Shown here: piece after piece, positions 1-12,379 of the stretch
How the letters are laid out: every line of letters begins with the position of its first letter
Numbering within the stretch: position 1 is the first letter of the stretch
Source of the DNA: the human T2T-CHM13v2.0 reference genome, Homo sapiens
Assembly (NCBI RefSeq): GCF_009914755.1
Contig: NC_060925.1
Length of the DNA: 64,000 nt
Reading direction: 5' to 3' (one strand)
Notes under the pieces: generated by a model
What the model saw: only the letters and a program-made list of their open reading frames with translations
What the model was told of the DNA's origin: nothing
Databases searched by the model: none
Program-made: the position numbers and the translations under genes

Positions 1-481
1 AAGATTCTGCATGGTGCATTTTGGTGTCCATCCCAAATTCTCTGTTCTTGACATAAGGCCTAGTGTGTCATTGCCATTCAATTAATGCTTGCAAGTGAGT
101 GAGTGAGTGAGTGAACAAATACATGAATGGAACCAGGCTAAGGACACAGAACCATGGCATGTCACCACCCTCCAGTTTTACAACCATCCACTGATAACAC
201 CCTTCAGCCTCCTTTGTTCACCACACAATGATTCTCCTAACTGTGCCCTAATCCTGGGCACATATTTTCATTCTTTTTTTCCAGAACAACACTGCGTTTG
301 AGAGACCTGGGGTGTCTATGGCATTGCCTAGATCTACCAGGCCAGAAACCCTATCAGAGAGAGTGATAGGTTCAGTTTGCCCTGTTTCTTTGCGCTGGCA
401 CCTAGGGTTATCACCTTCTTTTCCAAGTGCTTTCTGGCTATCTGTTTAAATATTTTGTTCTAGAATTTTGGGTTAATCACA

Positions 482-650
482 AGCCAGTGTGTAGTAACAG
501 AAGGCACATATCACATAGATTCAGATTGTCCTGGGCCCCAGCCCAGGTCGACCACTTTCTACCTGTGTAACCTTAGACAAGCCCCATAACTGTTCTGATC
601 CTCCATTTCTGCCACTGTAAAGGAAGGATGATAAGAATCCTTAAGGACTT
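482..650 (+). mobile_element. MIR SINE relic
   Basis: MIR core-like ctgtgtaaccttagacaag...cctccatttct...ctgtaaa. Confidence 0.55.
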
Positions 651-2602
651 TTTGTGCAGAAGATCCTAATAACAGTACATGATGTGTAATTGGTACTCTG
701 CAATTGTTCATTTCTTCATTACTTAACCTAGATTCTTTTAAAAAAACCACTTCTCCTTTTTTGAGGGTCATGCTCTGCTTCCCCATGTTCAGCCTTCTGA
801 CCTAACAGCATACTGTGTTTTCATGTCCTGGGTTAAAATGTATCTACATCTCGAGGCTAGAATTCTGTTAAAGCAGCTTGGAATTCTCTTGCCTGTCTCA
901 GACTTTAATTCTGAGCCAAATCTGATCTGCCTTTTAGAGGAACTACTTTTAAGTTAGTTTTCTCCATCTTGGACAATTATGGTTGATTTCTCTTTAAACA
1001 CAAACAGAAACTTTGTACATACCCCCTGAAGGAACTGAGGTACAGTGGGAAAAGTGCCAGCCCTGACCTCAGCCTCTTGCTAGCAGTACTGCTTAGGTAA
1101 GGTACTTAAACCTCAGTGAGAGTCTCAGTTTCTTTCTGTCTGAAATGGGACAAACAAACAGCTACCTTACAGGGTGGTTGTTGCCATGGTCATCTCTTTC
1201 TGCTAGTGCAGTGTAAAGACCACTCTCCCTAAAGGAGGAGATAGAGACAGATGCAACACGAACAGTTCTGTGGTTTGCTTGCCTTTACACCACACTCTTT
1301 ACATTTAGGGTAGAAGCAAACCTCCATTATATCATACAAGAAAAGGCTTTGTTCTTAAAGAGTAAAATAATTTTTGAAGGAGGCTAAATAAAATAATCAG
1401 TGCAGGAATTAATTATAAGGAAATATGACTTCACACACACACATGCACACACACAAAAAAATAACCAAAGTCAGAATTCAACATACAATTGAATTGAATT
1501 GAATACAATTCCCTTTAAGATAATTTGAGGGAAAAAGAAATGACACTTACTCCAATGATGTCCCAATTACTCAAACAAGAGGGTTCTACCTCCTTTTAGT
1601 TGATGACTTTTGGTATGTTGAAAACCCAGTGCCTTGGTTTCTTCATCTATTAATGGGGTGACTCCCATACCTACTTCATTGGGCTATTTTGAGGGTTGAA
1701 TGATTTAATGTATGTAAAGTACTCCTAATAGAAGCTACATGTAAAGATTGTCTCATTGCTATAGAGCCTAGGGCACATTTTAAAGAATATCATTAATAGT
1801 GATAAATAACTCAAATTTCCAAAAGTAATTTAGAGCCAAGACCAGTAATTAATTACCCATTAATTACCCAAAGCATCAAACTGGGAAAAGGTGTTTTTTG
1901 TGATGCCTTTTGAAGACAATTCCAGAAGGAAGTATCCCTAAATTGTTTTGAGTACCATCAACATCCCCTGAATACATATGGTACTTCTTCGGGAGACTTA
2001 TTGAAGGCTAACATTCACAATGGCACACTTCATTGTGCATCATGGATAATTGACTTTATTTCTAACTCCCCCTTCAAATCATTTCACAAAATATATGTTG
2101 AGCACCTTCCATGTAGCAGGCACTGAGAGCTAATACCAGAAATACTGAACAGTCTGAGAAAACAACATCTAGTAGCAACCAGAAGCTGAAATTTTTCTTG
2201 TGGTTCAAACGCTTGCCTGTCTTCACTTCAGTTTCCTGATTGGTTTTCTGCAGTCCACATTCCCCCTGGCCTCCATTTCTAGGTCTCCTGGCTTGCTCAC
2301 CCTTCCTAGGGTCTCAGATACGGACATCTCCATTCCTTCCAAATCCCACACGGAGCACTGTCTGACACATCTGCACCATGTGCTGTGCTCAGCAGGTACC
2401 TTAAAACCTGTGGCTCCCATGGCTTTTGTGGGAGTGAGAAGACAAATGCTATGGTTTAATCTTTGATGTGATCTTTTCCTTTTATAATGTGCTCCCATGG
2501 ATTCCTTTATTTTTGTTTTTCAGAGAGCCAATAATCCCTTCTGGCTTACCTTGAGAAGGTGTCTTTTAACTACAAGCATTTTGTTCCTTACTGATTAAGA
2601 TA

Positions 2603-2852
2603 CTGTGCTCTGGAGTAAGTCAGAACTAAGTTTGCATTCTGACTTTCCGTTTATTATCCATGTAGCCCTGAGCAAATTGCTTAACTCTTTAAGCCTCAGT
2701 CAAGGCTTAATCGAGTGTAAAATAAGGTTAATAATACTGCCCACTTCATAGGATATTTGTAAGAATTAAGGAATGCATATAAGGTGCTTAGTACTTTGTA
2801 AGTAAATTTATGTAAGGTCTAAAAGAGGTGCTTAGTAAATGATAGCTATTAT
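2603..2852 (+). mobile_element. MIR SINE relic
   Basis: ctctggagt...gagcaaattgcttaac...gcctcagt...gtaaaataagg...aaggtgcttag. Confidence 0.65.
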
Positions 2853-2954
2853 TAATCAGGATAACAATAAAATATCAAAGTCATCCTTTAAGCTCATTGA
2901 TGACTTTGAGAACTTATCATGGTGATGAATTTGGTAGTGGCAGCTGTGAACACG

Positions 2955-3165
2955 AGTGCTGTGTGTCACATACATTAATTCATTCATGCTCCCAACAACC
3001 TGTGAGATCAGTACTATTGATATCCCCACTTTACAGATGAGAAAGTTGAGACATTGAGGGATTTATTATCTCACTCGAAGCATCACAGCTAGTAACTGAA
3101 GTTGCTGGGATTTAAACTCAGAAAGTTCTGTTTCTAATTGAGAACTCTTAACCACTATATTACAC
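2955..3165 (-). mobile_element. MIR SINE relic
   Basis: aacaacctgtgaga...ccccactttacagatgagaaagttgag...cacagctagtaa...ctcttaaccactat. Confidence 0.7.
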
Positions 3166-6100
3166 TAGTTTTGATGAAAGCCATTGACTCTCTTTCTAGA
3201 AAAAAAGTTCACTAGCTCATTCAAAATATTTTACATACAATTTCTGAATGTTCACATGAAATAAACTCTTTGAAGGATATCGATGGATGCTCAAAGGGCC
3301 CATAATCCCAGCCCAAAGGGCCCACCTCACAGACTTTCTCCCCACTGAGTTCATCCACATCCACCCATAGAAGACCATCCAGTCTTCTATGGTACAGCAC
3401 TTCCTATATTGTACCACATGACAGGAGAGCGAGGCTGAGTTGACACCTTGCCAGGTCAAGCTTAAATGCTGTTGTGTGATATGTGATTTCTCATTTATTA
3501 AAATTATCTTATTATATATGCAGATTGTTTGCACTTTTGTTTTAAATGTTAAGGAATGATGTCCATTTTATATGGCTCATTTATTTCAGTTCCCCTAATC
3601 AGTTAATCAATTGGCAAGCACTTTTTATGTCAATGGCATATTATAATAATGCTATGTTTTATAAATGCCCAGTCATGATCAAAAGGATGAAATGAGTAGC
3701 AGCACTATTAAGCAATCTGGGAGGTAGTGATGCCCCTATTTTACGGAGAAACCAGCACAGAAAGATCAAGAGACAAGGATAAATAGAATGAACACAGGCT
3801 TTTGAGTATATATCTTATTATCTGTGTGGTCATAGGCGAGTTCCTCAACTCGGAGCTTCAGATCTCATGGCTGTAAAATGGGGAAAAAAATTGTGTCTAC
3901 CTTCTTATGACATGAGAAAATATTGTGAAATACCCAGTTCAGTGCTGTCTCCCAGAAAAGGTGCCATTAAATATCAATCACCTTCTCAGCTTTGCTTTCC
4001 TTTTCCTTAAGTTCAGAGACTTGTAGGAGGCAGAAGGAAAATAAAAATAGCGAGGGAGGACTTGAGCAAACTCACAAGGGCTGAGAGAAATGATGTGAGA
4101 GCAGGAGCTGACCTACCCTGGCGTGTAGGCTAGTGCCTTCTCCCTTCCTCTGGAAAGTAAGTGGTACAGTGAAGTAAAGAATCTGACATTGAGTCATGAA
4201 GGAACAATTAGTTTAATCTTCATCCTGGAGATTTGCAATGCATAACTTTTTAACCAAAAAAATATGAGGAGGGGGAAATAGCTTTGAACTGGAGACAGTC
4301 TGGTGTTGTTTGCCTGTTCCATGTGGCCCACCCACCCTTCCACCCCCAAATTAGCCTGCCAGAGAGCAAAATTCATGAATTTGCTGCTGCTTGGTAACAC
4401 CACCCCCTTTCCTGTCCTCACTTCAGCAGAAGGTTCAGCACCCCATTGAGTTCAGTGAAAACAAAGAGTCATCAGTGGAGGAGGTGAGCTCCAGTCTCCT
4501 ACACACCAGCATTCTCTCCTGGTAGAAGCAGTGCACAGTGCAAGGAGAGGCTAAAGATTGCATGCATTCTGATGCAAGGCACTCAGCCCAGACCTCTTAT
4601 TTAGTAAATTAGAAGGCAGAGGTTCAGCTTGAGTTCTACTCATCAAGGAAAGCTTCGTAGGGCAAATGTGATTTGTATTGGTCTATACCAGGGATATCAA
4701 ACATGGGGCATATAAACTGCCACTCCATCCCCAAATCTTCCACAGACATTGCCACTAAATCCCAGACATGGGCTTAGAAGCCAGCCCCCTCTAGACAGAC
4801 CTGCAGGCAGCTGGACAAAAATCAGCTAGAGTTAACACATGAGACGCAACTTTTGTTTTTCCCAGGACTCATAGAGGATAGATGGGAAAATAGGTGGAAA
4901 TTTTCTTTTTCAAAATATATTTTTTTCTTCTCAACATTTTAATAAACCATGGACTGTGTGCAGAAAATTAGTTTTGTATCTGATACATGCTTTTTCTTTC
5001 CTTCATTACTGATTTTTTTTTCCCTAGGAAATTTTCTGTTGCTTCCATTTCCTGACATTTAAAATCCACACCTTTCATGCCCACCTTACTCTGGTAAAAA
5101 GAAATCCCTGAGCTGTATGAATATTTAGTATTCAACCTGGAGTGCCTTTGTCATGATTTCTCCAATTAATGTTGGTTGTACCTTCTCAGTAGATGGTATT
5201 TTGCTCTCTTCCTGAAATGTAAGGGTTAGATTTTTCTTGCATAAACACAATTCCTACATCATTTTATACTGTCTGGGCAAGCTGACCTGATTTGAGGGTT
5301 CTGGAAACATGATCACCATGGTTGGAGATCACAAACACTCAATTTCTGTAACAAAATCAAAATTTCATTGAATAAGGCTATGTACTCACAATATTGACAC
5401 ATTGTATAAAATGTTAGGATGGCCTCAGTAGAAGTAGCAAATTATTGAATTACATGTTTTTTATTATAATGTTAATTGCAATCAAAAAACGCTAACTTTT
5501 ATACCTTTAAGGTCTGCCTTGATGTTAAATGTTAGTAGCATTTAGAATTTAAAACTATTTTGATTAGCTAAGGGCCATAGTCAGGGTAGAATGTGCTCTG
5601 TAAAGAAGCAACCAATTTTGAAAGTAAGTTTTTTACAGAAGCCTACTTTGTGAACAGTTTACTGAATGTTGGGTTTCTAACAACAAATCTTGCACCCAGA
5701 GCTTGTAGGTTGTCTACTTTTTCTCTAAGGAGGCATTTTCTCTAGGGCCCACAGCAGTGAATGACACATAGTAGGTACTTAGAAAATAATTGTTGATTGT
5801 CTGGGTGGATGGATGCACCACGGGACATTATATAAAATGTATGCCGTATCTAGCTCTGCTATAATGCAACTTACATTACTTGCATTATTTTACAAATAGA
5901 GCAAATTTATGGTCTCAGTTGCTTTGATCTTTTCCTCTTCAACTTAACCAAGTTTCTTTTTTCACTACTTGATGGGTGAACAATAAGATCAATAATTTCC
6001 TGTTTCTTCCTCTACAATGTGTAGGTTCTTTAAAAAAGTTTGTTAATGTGTTCTTTTCTGTGGGTCCTAGTGCACATCCAGTGAGATTGTTTTCTCATCT

Positions 6101-6859
6101 AAAGCCTGAGGTTTTCAGTCATTTATTTGTCTTCAACCTTGAGGGTCACTTTATCAATGATTATCTTTCTTGTACAATTATACTTATTTTTTTACTAAGG
6201 AGTTTCTACAAATATGTGAATAATAGTATAAATAAGCATAACAGTATAAGAAAAAAAAAATCTATCCCTTTGCCCTCTGAAGGAGATTTTGTTTTAGTGG
6301 CAGCAGTCTACAGCAGTAAATGTACTTTTTATTGTTTTAGAAAAAAAAATCTTACAGTGTGAATCACTCATATTAATTATGTCAAAAAATTTTTCCTCAA
6401 AGACTGGGGAGAATGTCCTTTCTAAACAGAATGAAGGTGATATTTCCTTCTGACTTATGTCTGTCTAAAGGACAGCCTCTAACTGCCCATGGACCTTGGA
6501 GCTGTAGCTTGAAATAGCAGCCAGCACAGAAGAGGTGCAGAGCTGTGCCTGCCAGCCAAGCTGCCTGTCCCAATGTGGGCAACAGAGACAGAGGGCAGAT
6601 GGACTGGCCTCAGTGTGTTTTGCCCAACTGAAACTCCTTTCCACTTTGTAACCTATTTGAAGCCCATCTTTATTTCATTATTTTTTAAACACAGCACAGG
6701 GAGAATCAAAATGAGTTTCCAAAGAGGAATGACAAATGACAGCACATATCATAACCAGGTATTTTCTGATATTTTTTCATCCATGCCTCTTCTCAACACC
6801 AACAGTTACTAAATGTCCACACCTCAGAACTCCTGATAAGTAACAGCAATAAGCCGCAT

Positions 6860-8492
6860 TGGAGCAGAGTAAAGCCAAAATCTTCACGGTGGTCTTCAAG
6901 AGCCTCATTGTCAAGATTCCCCCATCCCTAGACTAACGCCTGCCATTCTTCCCTCTCCTTCCACTACTCCCTGGCTCCCTGGGAGCCCTCTTCCCCTAGA
7001 TAGCTGTATTGTGACCTCCCTCATCAACTTCATCTGTTTGCTCAGTCACTTTCTCAAGGAAGCCTACCCTGCCCACCTTATATAAAATCGCAAAACCCTT
7101 TGCCCTGGAATTCCTGAACCCCTTTATTTGCTCTACTTTTTAAAATTGCATTTGTCGTCTTCTAAAATACTAAATACTTTCCTTATTTAATTATTACACA
7201 GCCGTGTGTTGCTTAATTGTTGTTAGGCAATTTTATCGTTGTGTGCACAACACAGAGTGCACTTACACAAACCTAGATGGTATAGCCTACCACACACCTA
7301 GGCTGCATGGTATAGCCTATTGCTTTTAGGCTACAAATATGTATAGCATGTTACTATGTTGAATACCATAGGCAAATGTAACACAATGGTATCTGTGTAT
7401 CCAAACATAGAAAAAGTACAGTAAAAATATGGCATGAAAGATTTGTTTAAATGGTACGCCTGTATAAGGCATTTACCATGAATGGAGTTTGCAGGGCTCA
7501 AAGTTGCTCTCGGTGAGCCAGTGAGTGGATGTGAAGGCCTAGGACATGACTGGACACTACTGCAGACTTTGTAAACACTGTACAATTAGGCTACCCTAAA
7601 TTTATAAAATTAGCCTTATAACTCTTTTACTTTGTAAACTTCTAAATTTTTTAAAACGTATTGACTCTTTTGTTATAACATTTAACGCAAAAACATTGTA
7701 CAGCTGTATGAAAATACTTTATACTCTTTCTTTGTAGTATTTAAGGTATTTTAATACTTTATAATAGTTAAATTCTTTATACTCTATTCTACAAGCTTTT
7801 TTCTATTAAAAATTTTTCTTTTCACTTTTTAAACTTTTTAGTTAAAAACTGAGACACAAACACAAACATTAACCTAGACCTACACAGGGTCAGGACCAGC
7901 AACATCACTGTCTTTCCCCTCCACCTTTTATCCCACTGGAAGGCCTGCAGGGGCAATAACACACATGGAGCTGTCACCTCCTCTGGTGACAATGCCTTCT
8001 TCTGAAATACCTCCTGAAGGACCTGCGCAAGGCTGTTTTACAGTTAGTTAACTTGTTTTTTATAAGTGGAAGGAGTATACTCAAAAAGTAACAATAAATA
8101 GTATAGTAAATACATAAACCAGTAACAGCCATTTATATAATCAAGTATTTGTACTTAATAATACAGCAGCACAGGCGGTTTGTTTACGCCAGCATCACCA
8201 CAAGCACATGGGTAATGCATTGCACTATGACATCACTAGGCAATAGAAATTTTTCAACTCTGTCATAATCTTATGGGACCACCATCGTATACGCAGTCCA
8301 TCGTTGACCAAAGCATCCATATACAATGCATGACAGTATTTATTACTGATTATCTTTCTCCTTCCCCTGCTCCCAGATGTAAACCCATTGGAGCTTTTAT
8401 GGCCTTTTCTGTTGTTCACTAATGTCCCTAAAATAGTGTCTGGTATTTACTAGGTGCTCAATAAATATCTGTTAATGGCTTAATAAATGAAT
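6860..8492 (+). mobile_element. L2 LINE 3' relic, split by the Tigger3 insertion
   Basis: L2-like gagtaaagccaaaatc... on the left; L2 3' end tagtgtctggt...taggtgctcaataaatatctgttaatg on the right. Confidence 0.55.
7198..8338 (-). mobile_element. Tigger3/Tigger3b-like DNA transposon (TcMar-Tigger), non-autonomous
   Basis: Diagnostic acaaacctagatggtatagcctac, and terminus ataatcttatgggaccaccatcgtatacgcagtccatcgttgacc...catgacag followed by TA. Confidence 0.8.
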
Positions 8493-8551
8493 AATCCTTT
8501 TGCTGCTTGTGAATACCCAACCAGTCTTAAATAACTGAGACAAAGTGATTA

Positions 8552-8916
<365 letters not shown>

Positions 8917-10284
8917 AAGATTCAGGATACAGCCATCCTATTTTTAAGGTTCAATGATTGCAGACTCTTAAAAGGCTTACAGATTCAACCTGACTTTTAT
9001 GTCTTGATCCCACTCTATGATGCCTGATGCCAAAATTCCCATGGCAGCTCAATTCCTTGTTAAGCTAGGAAGCAAGCAGGGATGTAATCAGAGCACGAAA
9101 CCTTCATGTAAGTGACCATCAAAACTGGTTTATATTTTCTTCATTCACCTCTATTAGCTTTGATTCTCAAACACAATTCAATTTTGAATTGGTTTCTAAC
9201 CCCTCATGCAAAAATGTAGTCCTCAACAAAACCTAACTTGAGTGCATACTTGCATTTTACCATGTTATTTGGAGTAATAACAGCCAGAGAGAGACAGAGA
9301 GAGAGACTCTCCAGCTGCAGAGGATAAGGGTCTATGAGTTCCTTGAAAGCTGTTGATTATGGGATAAGCCACTTTTCAACAAGCTTTGTCAGTCAGAAAT
9401 TGTGTTTTCTTAGACTATTGGACAAAAAAAAATCCCTGTACTTTGTAACCATTCAATGGTTATATTTTAGGTAAATTTATGTTTTACTCCAAAAATTCAC
9501 TTACTCTATTTCTATTTACAAGTAAGCCCAGAGGAATATCACTCCCATTTCTCTTATTTATCTTTTCCATAATTAAAAATAAACTCTGATGCTATTAGCC
9601 CATTTTAAATCGAAAACATCTTTGTTTTTTCCTATCTTTGTTTTTATTGTTTTTTTCAACATTCTGAAGAAACCTTTAAGCTAAGAGGTCAGGATAATAG
9701 CCTAGGTGTTGATAGCTGCTGCCATAGCAAAACAACATATTAAATAAAGATGGTTTAATATATGAGGTAGCCTGAGGTGGAGAGATGTAGAGGAGGGGAG
9801 GGGTAACCTTTATCATTTGTGTGTTCATGTTTAGTCTTCTGATTTTAATTAAATAAGATGCATTTTATTTTAGAAAAGGCTGAGAAATTTACCTTATAAG
9901 TAAGAGTTTTAGTTCAAGGACTGAAAACTACAAGGATGTAGTCCCTTTCTTGGCCCTTAACTATTCTGAAGCATTAGTTTTTGCTCTAGGAGAAAATTCT
10001 GCCCTGGAGATCTGAACACATAATCTACACTAATGTTGTACAAAGCTGTGCCACTTCTTTAGAACATTTGCAACATGTGTAAGCACCTGAGGTCACTAAC
10101 AGGCAGAGAAATTAACAGTTAAGTAGGAACTAACTGAAATATTTATGGAGCTGGTGAAAGAAACATTACAACTGAGGACACATAGCTTGTGCCATATATA
10201 ATTCAACCTTATTTCAGACAACAATTTATTTTTTATATTTCAAAAGACACTGTGCTTCAAACATTTGTATAATGTTTCAATGGC

Positions 10285-11150
10285 TCCCCAAAAAGGGAAT
10301 TTATAAACATGTGTTGAGTGCCTCACTCTATGTTTGGGGCTAGAGAGAATCCATGCATAGCCATTACTGTGAGCTAATAATCAAGTGGAGATATCTAAAT
10401 AATACAGAACAAAATAAAAATTGCAGAAATGTACTAGCAATGGGTACCTTTGTTCCCTGAGGCTAATAAATGTCAGGCCAATAGAAAGGCCTTCAATATT
10501 TGTTTATTATTTTGAACAAAAGGAATGGGTCACAATCAAACCAGAGAAGGGAACAATTTATTTTGGCAGGCGAATCTGGGAAAGGTCTCATGGAAGAAAT
10601 GTTACTGACCTTGAAGAATGAGTAATTTTGATTGGGGGAGAGGGAGAAGCAGCATGGGCAGGAGACAGGGAAGCGTGTAAGTGCACGGCACATCCAAGAG
10701 AGCCAGGAGAGTGCAGCGAAGTGCAGGCTTCATAGAAAGCCAACGGAGGACGATGAGGGTGGGAAGGGAAGTTGGAGCCCATCACCAAAGCATTAAATTC
10801 CATAGAATGGAGTTGGCATTCTATTTTCCGGATAATAAGGAGGTTTTTTAAGGGCAGAATGATATATTCACTTCACTATTTTTGGAAAATGATTCCGAGG
10901 ATAGTGTGAAGGATGGATTAGGAGATGAAGCTGGAAATAGGACCATCAGCTAGGAAGCTCATGTGCTGTCAGTGAAAGATAATGAAGGCCTCATTAAGAC
11001 AGGTGCTGAGGAAGTAACAGGGCATTCTGAGGGGCCATTGACCACTCACAGGGAGAAGAATTCATAATTGTCTATGAAGAATAGGGGAAAATTAAGGATG
11101 GGATCAAAGAAGAACTGACGGCTCTAGCCATGGTGACTTGGGAGATGATA
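10285..11150 (-). mobile_element. Degenerate L2 LINE
   Basis: aaacatgtgttgagtgcctcactctatg... followed by purine-rich L2-antisense-like sequence. Confidence 0.45.
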
Positions 11151-11333
11151 GGTTCTGGGTTCCCTGGAGAAACTGGAGCTTCTGGAAAGTCTCATGCTTT
11201 CATTTTATGACCGTGCCCAGCTACAATGCATGAGTAGTATTTTCCAACTCCTCTCAATATTACAAGGCATAATTTTTTTATTGTCAAGCCACAGATCTGT
11301 TTGATAAAAGTAAACCATTCAAAAGAAAGATTA

Positions 11334-11622
11334 GGCCAGGCACGGTGGTTTACACCTGTAATCCCAGAACTTTAAGAGGCTGAGGTGGGAGGATCACTTG
11401 AGACCAGAAGTTCAAGACTAGCCTGGGCAATATAGCAAGACCCTATCTTTACAAAAATAAAAATAATTAGCCAGAGACTGTTGTACATGCCTGTAGTCCT
11501 AGCTACATGGGAGGCTGAGGTGGGAGGATCTCTTGAAACCAGGAGTTGAGGGTTTCAGTGAGCTATGATTATGCCACTGCACTCCTCCCAGGGCACAGAG
11601 CAAGACAGACTCTGTCAGAAAC
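11334..11622 (+). mobile_element. Alu (J-like) whose tail expanded into a purine microsatellite
   Basis: ggccaggcacggtggtttacacctgtaatccc...gactctgtc, followed by the GAAA/GGAA tract. Confidence 0.95.
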
Positions 11623-11663
11623 AGAAAGAGAAAAAGAGAGAAAGAAAAAGAAAGAAAGAAAAA

Positions 11664-11695
<32 letters not shown>

Positions 11696-11816
11696 CAGGA
11701 AGGAAGGAAGGAAGGAAGGAAGGAAGGAAGGAAGGAAGGAAAGAAAAAGAAAGAAAAGAAAGAAAAGAAAGAAAGGAAGAAAGGAAGGAAGGAAGGAAGA
11801 AGGAAGGAAGGAAGGA

Positions 11817-11868
<52 letters not shown>

Positions 11869-12015
11869 CAGGAAGGAAGGAAGGAAGGAAGGAAAGAAAG
11901 AAAGAAAGAAAAGAAAGAAAGGAAGAAAGGAAGGAAGGAGGGAGGGAAGGAAGGAAGAAGGAAGGAAGGAAGGAAGGAAAGAAAGAAAGAAAGGAGGGAA
12001 GGAAGGAAGGAAGGA

Positions 12016-12063
<48 letters not shown>

Positions 12064-12125
12064 GAAAGAAAGAAAGAGGGAGGGAGGGAGGGAGGGAGGG
12101 AGGGAGGAAGGAAGGGAGGAAAGAG
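11623..12125 (+). repeat. Compound (GAAA)n/(GGAA)n/(GGGA)n polypurine microsatellite, about 500 nt
   Basis: Only purines except C at 11696 and 11869. Confidence 0.98.
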
Positions 12126-12367
12126 CAAGTTTAGAATGTGCTCAGATGCCCAGATGAAGTCCACACCTATGCCCTCTGTAGCTTGAACTAAAGACAGCAG
12201 CCTAGGAATGACCATATCAGACCCCCACAGGAAGCATTTATAAAAGCAGTGCCTTCGAGAGCTCCCTTAAGTAAGGTTATCCTGAGCCTTGACCTGTTTC
12301 TTCTTGAAAATACATTTCACCTCTCTCATTTTCTCTTTATTCTTCCTCCCCATGCCTACGCTTTTAG

Positions 12368-12379
12368 AGGAAAAGTCCG
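12368..12379 (+). CDS. SGIP1: SGIP1 12-nt microexon (RKSP), phase 0-0
   Basis: Pyrimidine tract ...catgcctacgcttttag|AGGAAAAGTCCG|gtaaga. Matches SGIP1 ...SPSPV-RKSP-RRSP. Confidence 0.93.

Noticed and set aside
11499-12215. Long ORFs of 238, 203 and 189 aa (K/E/R-rich or F/L/S-rich)
   Set aside because: Artefacts of the stop-free purine microsatellite plus Alu sequence.
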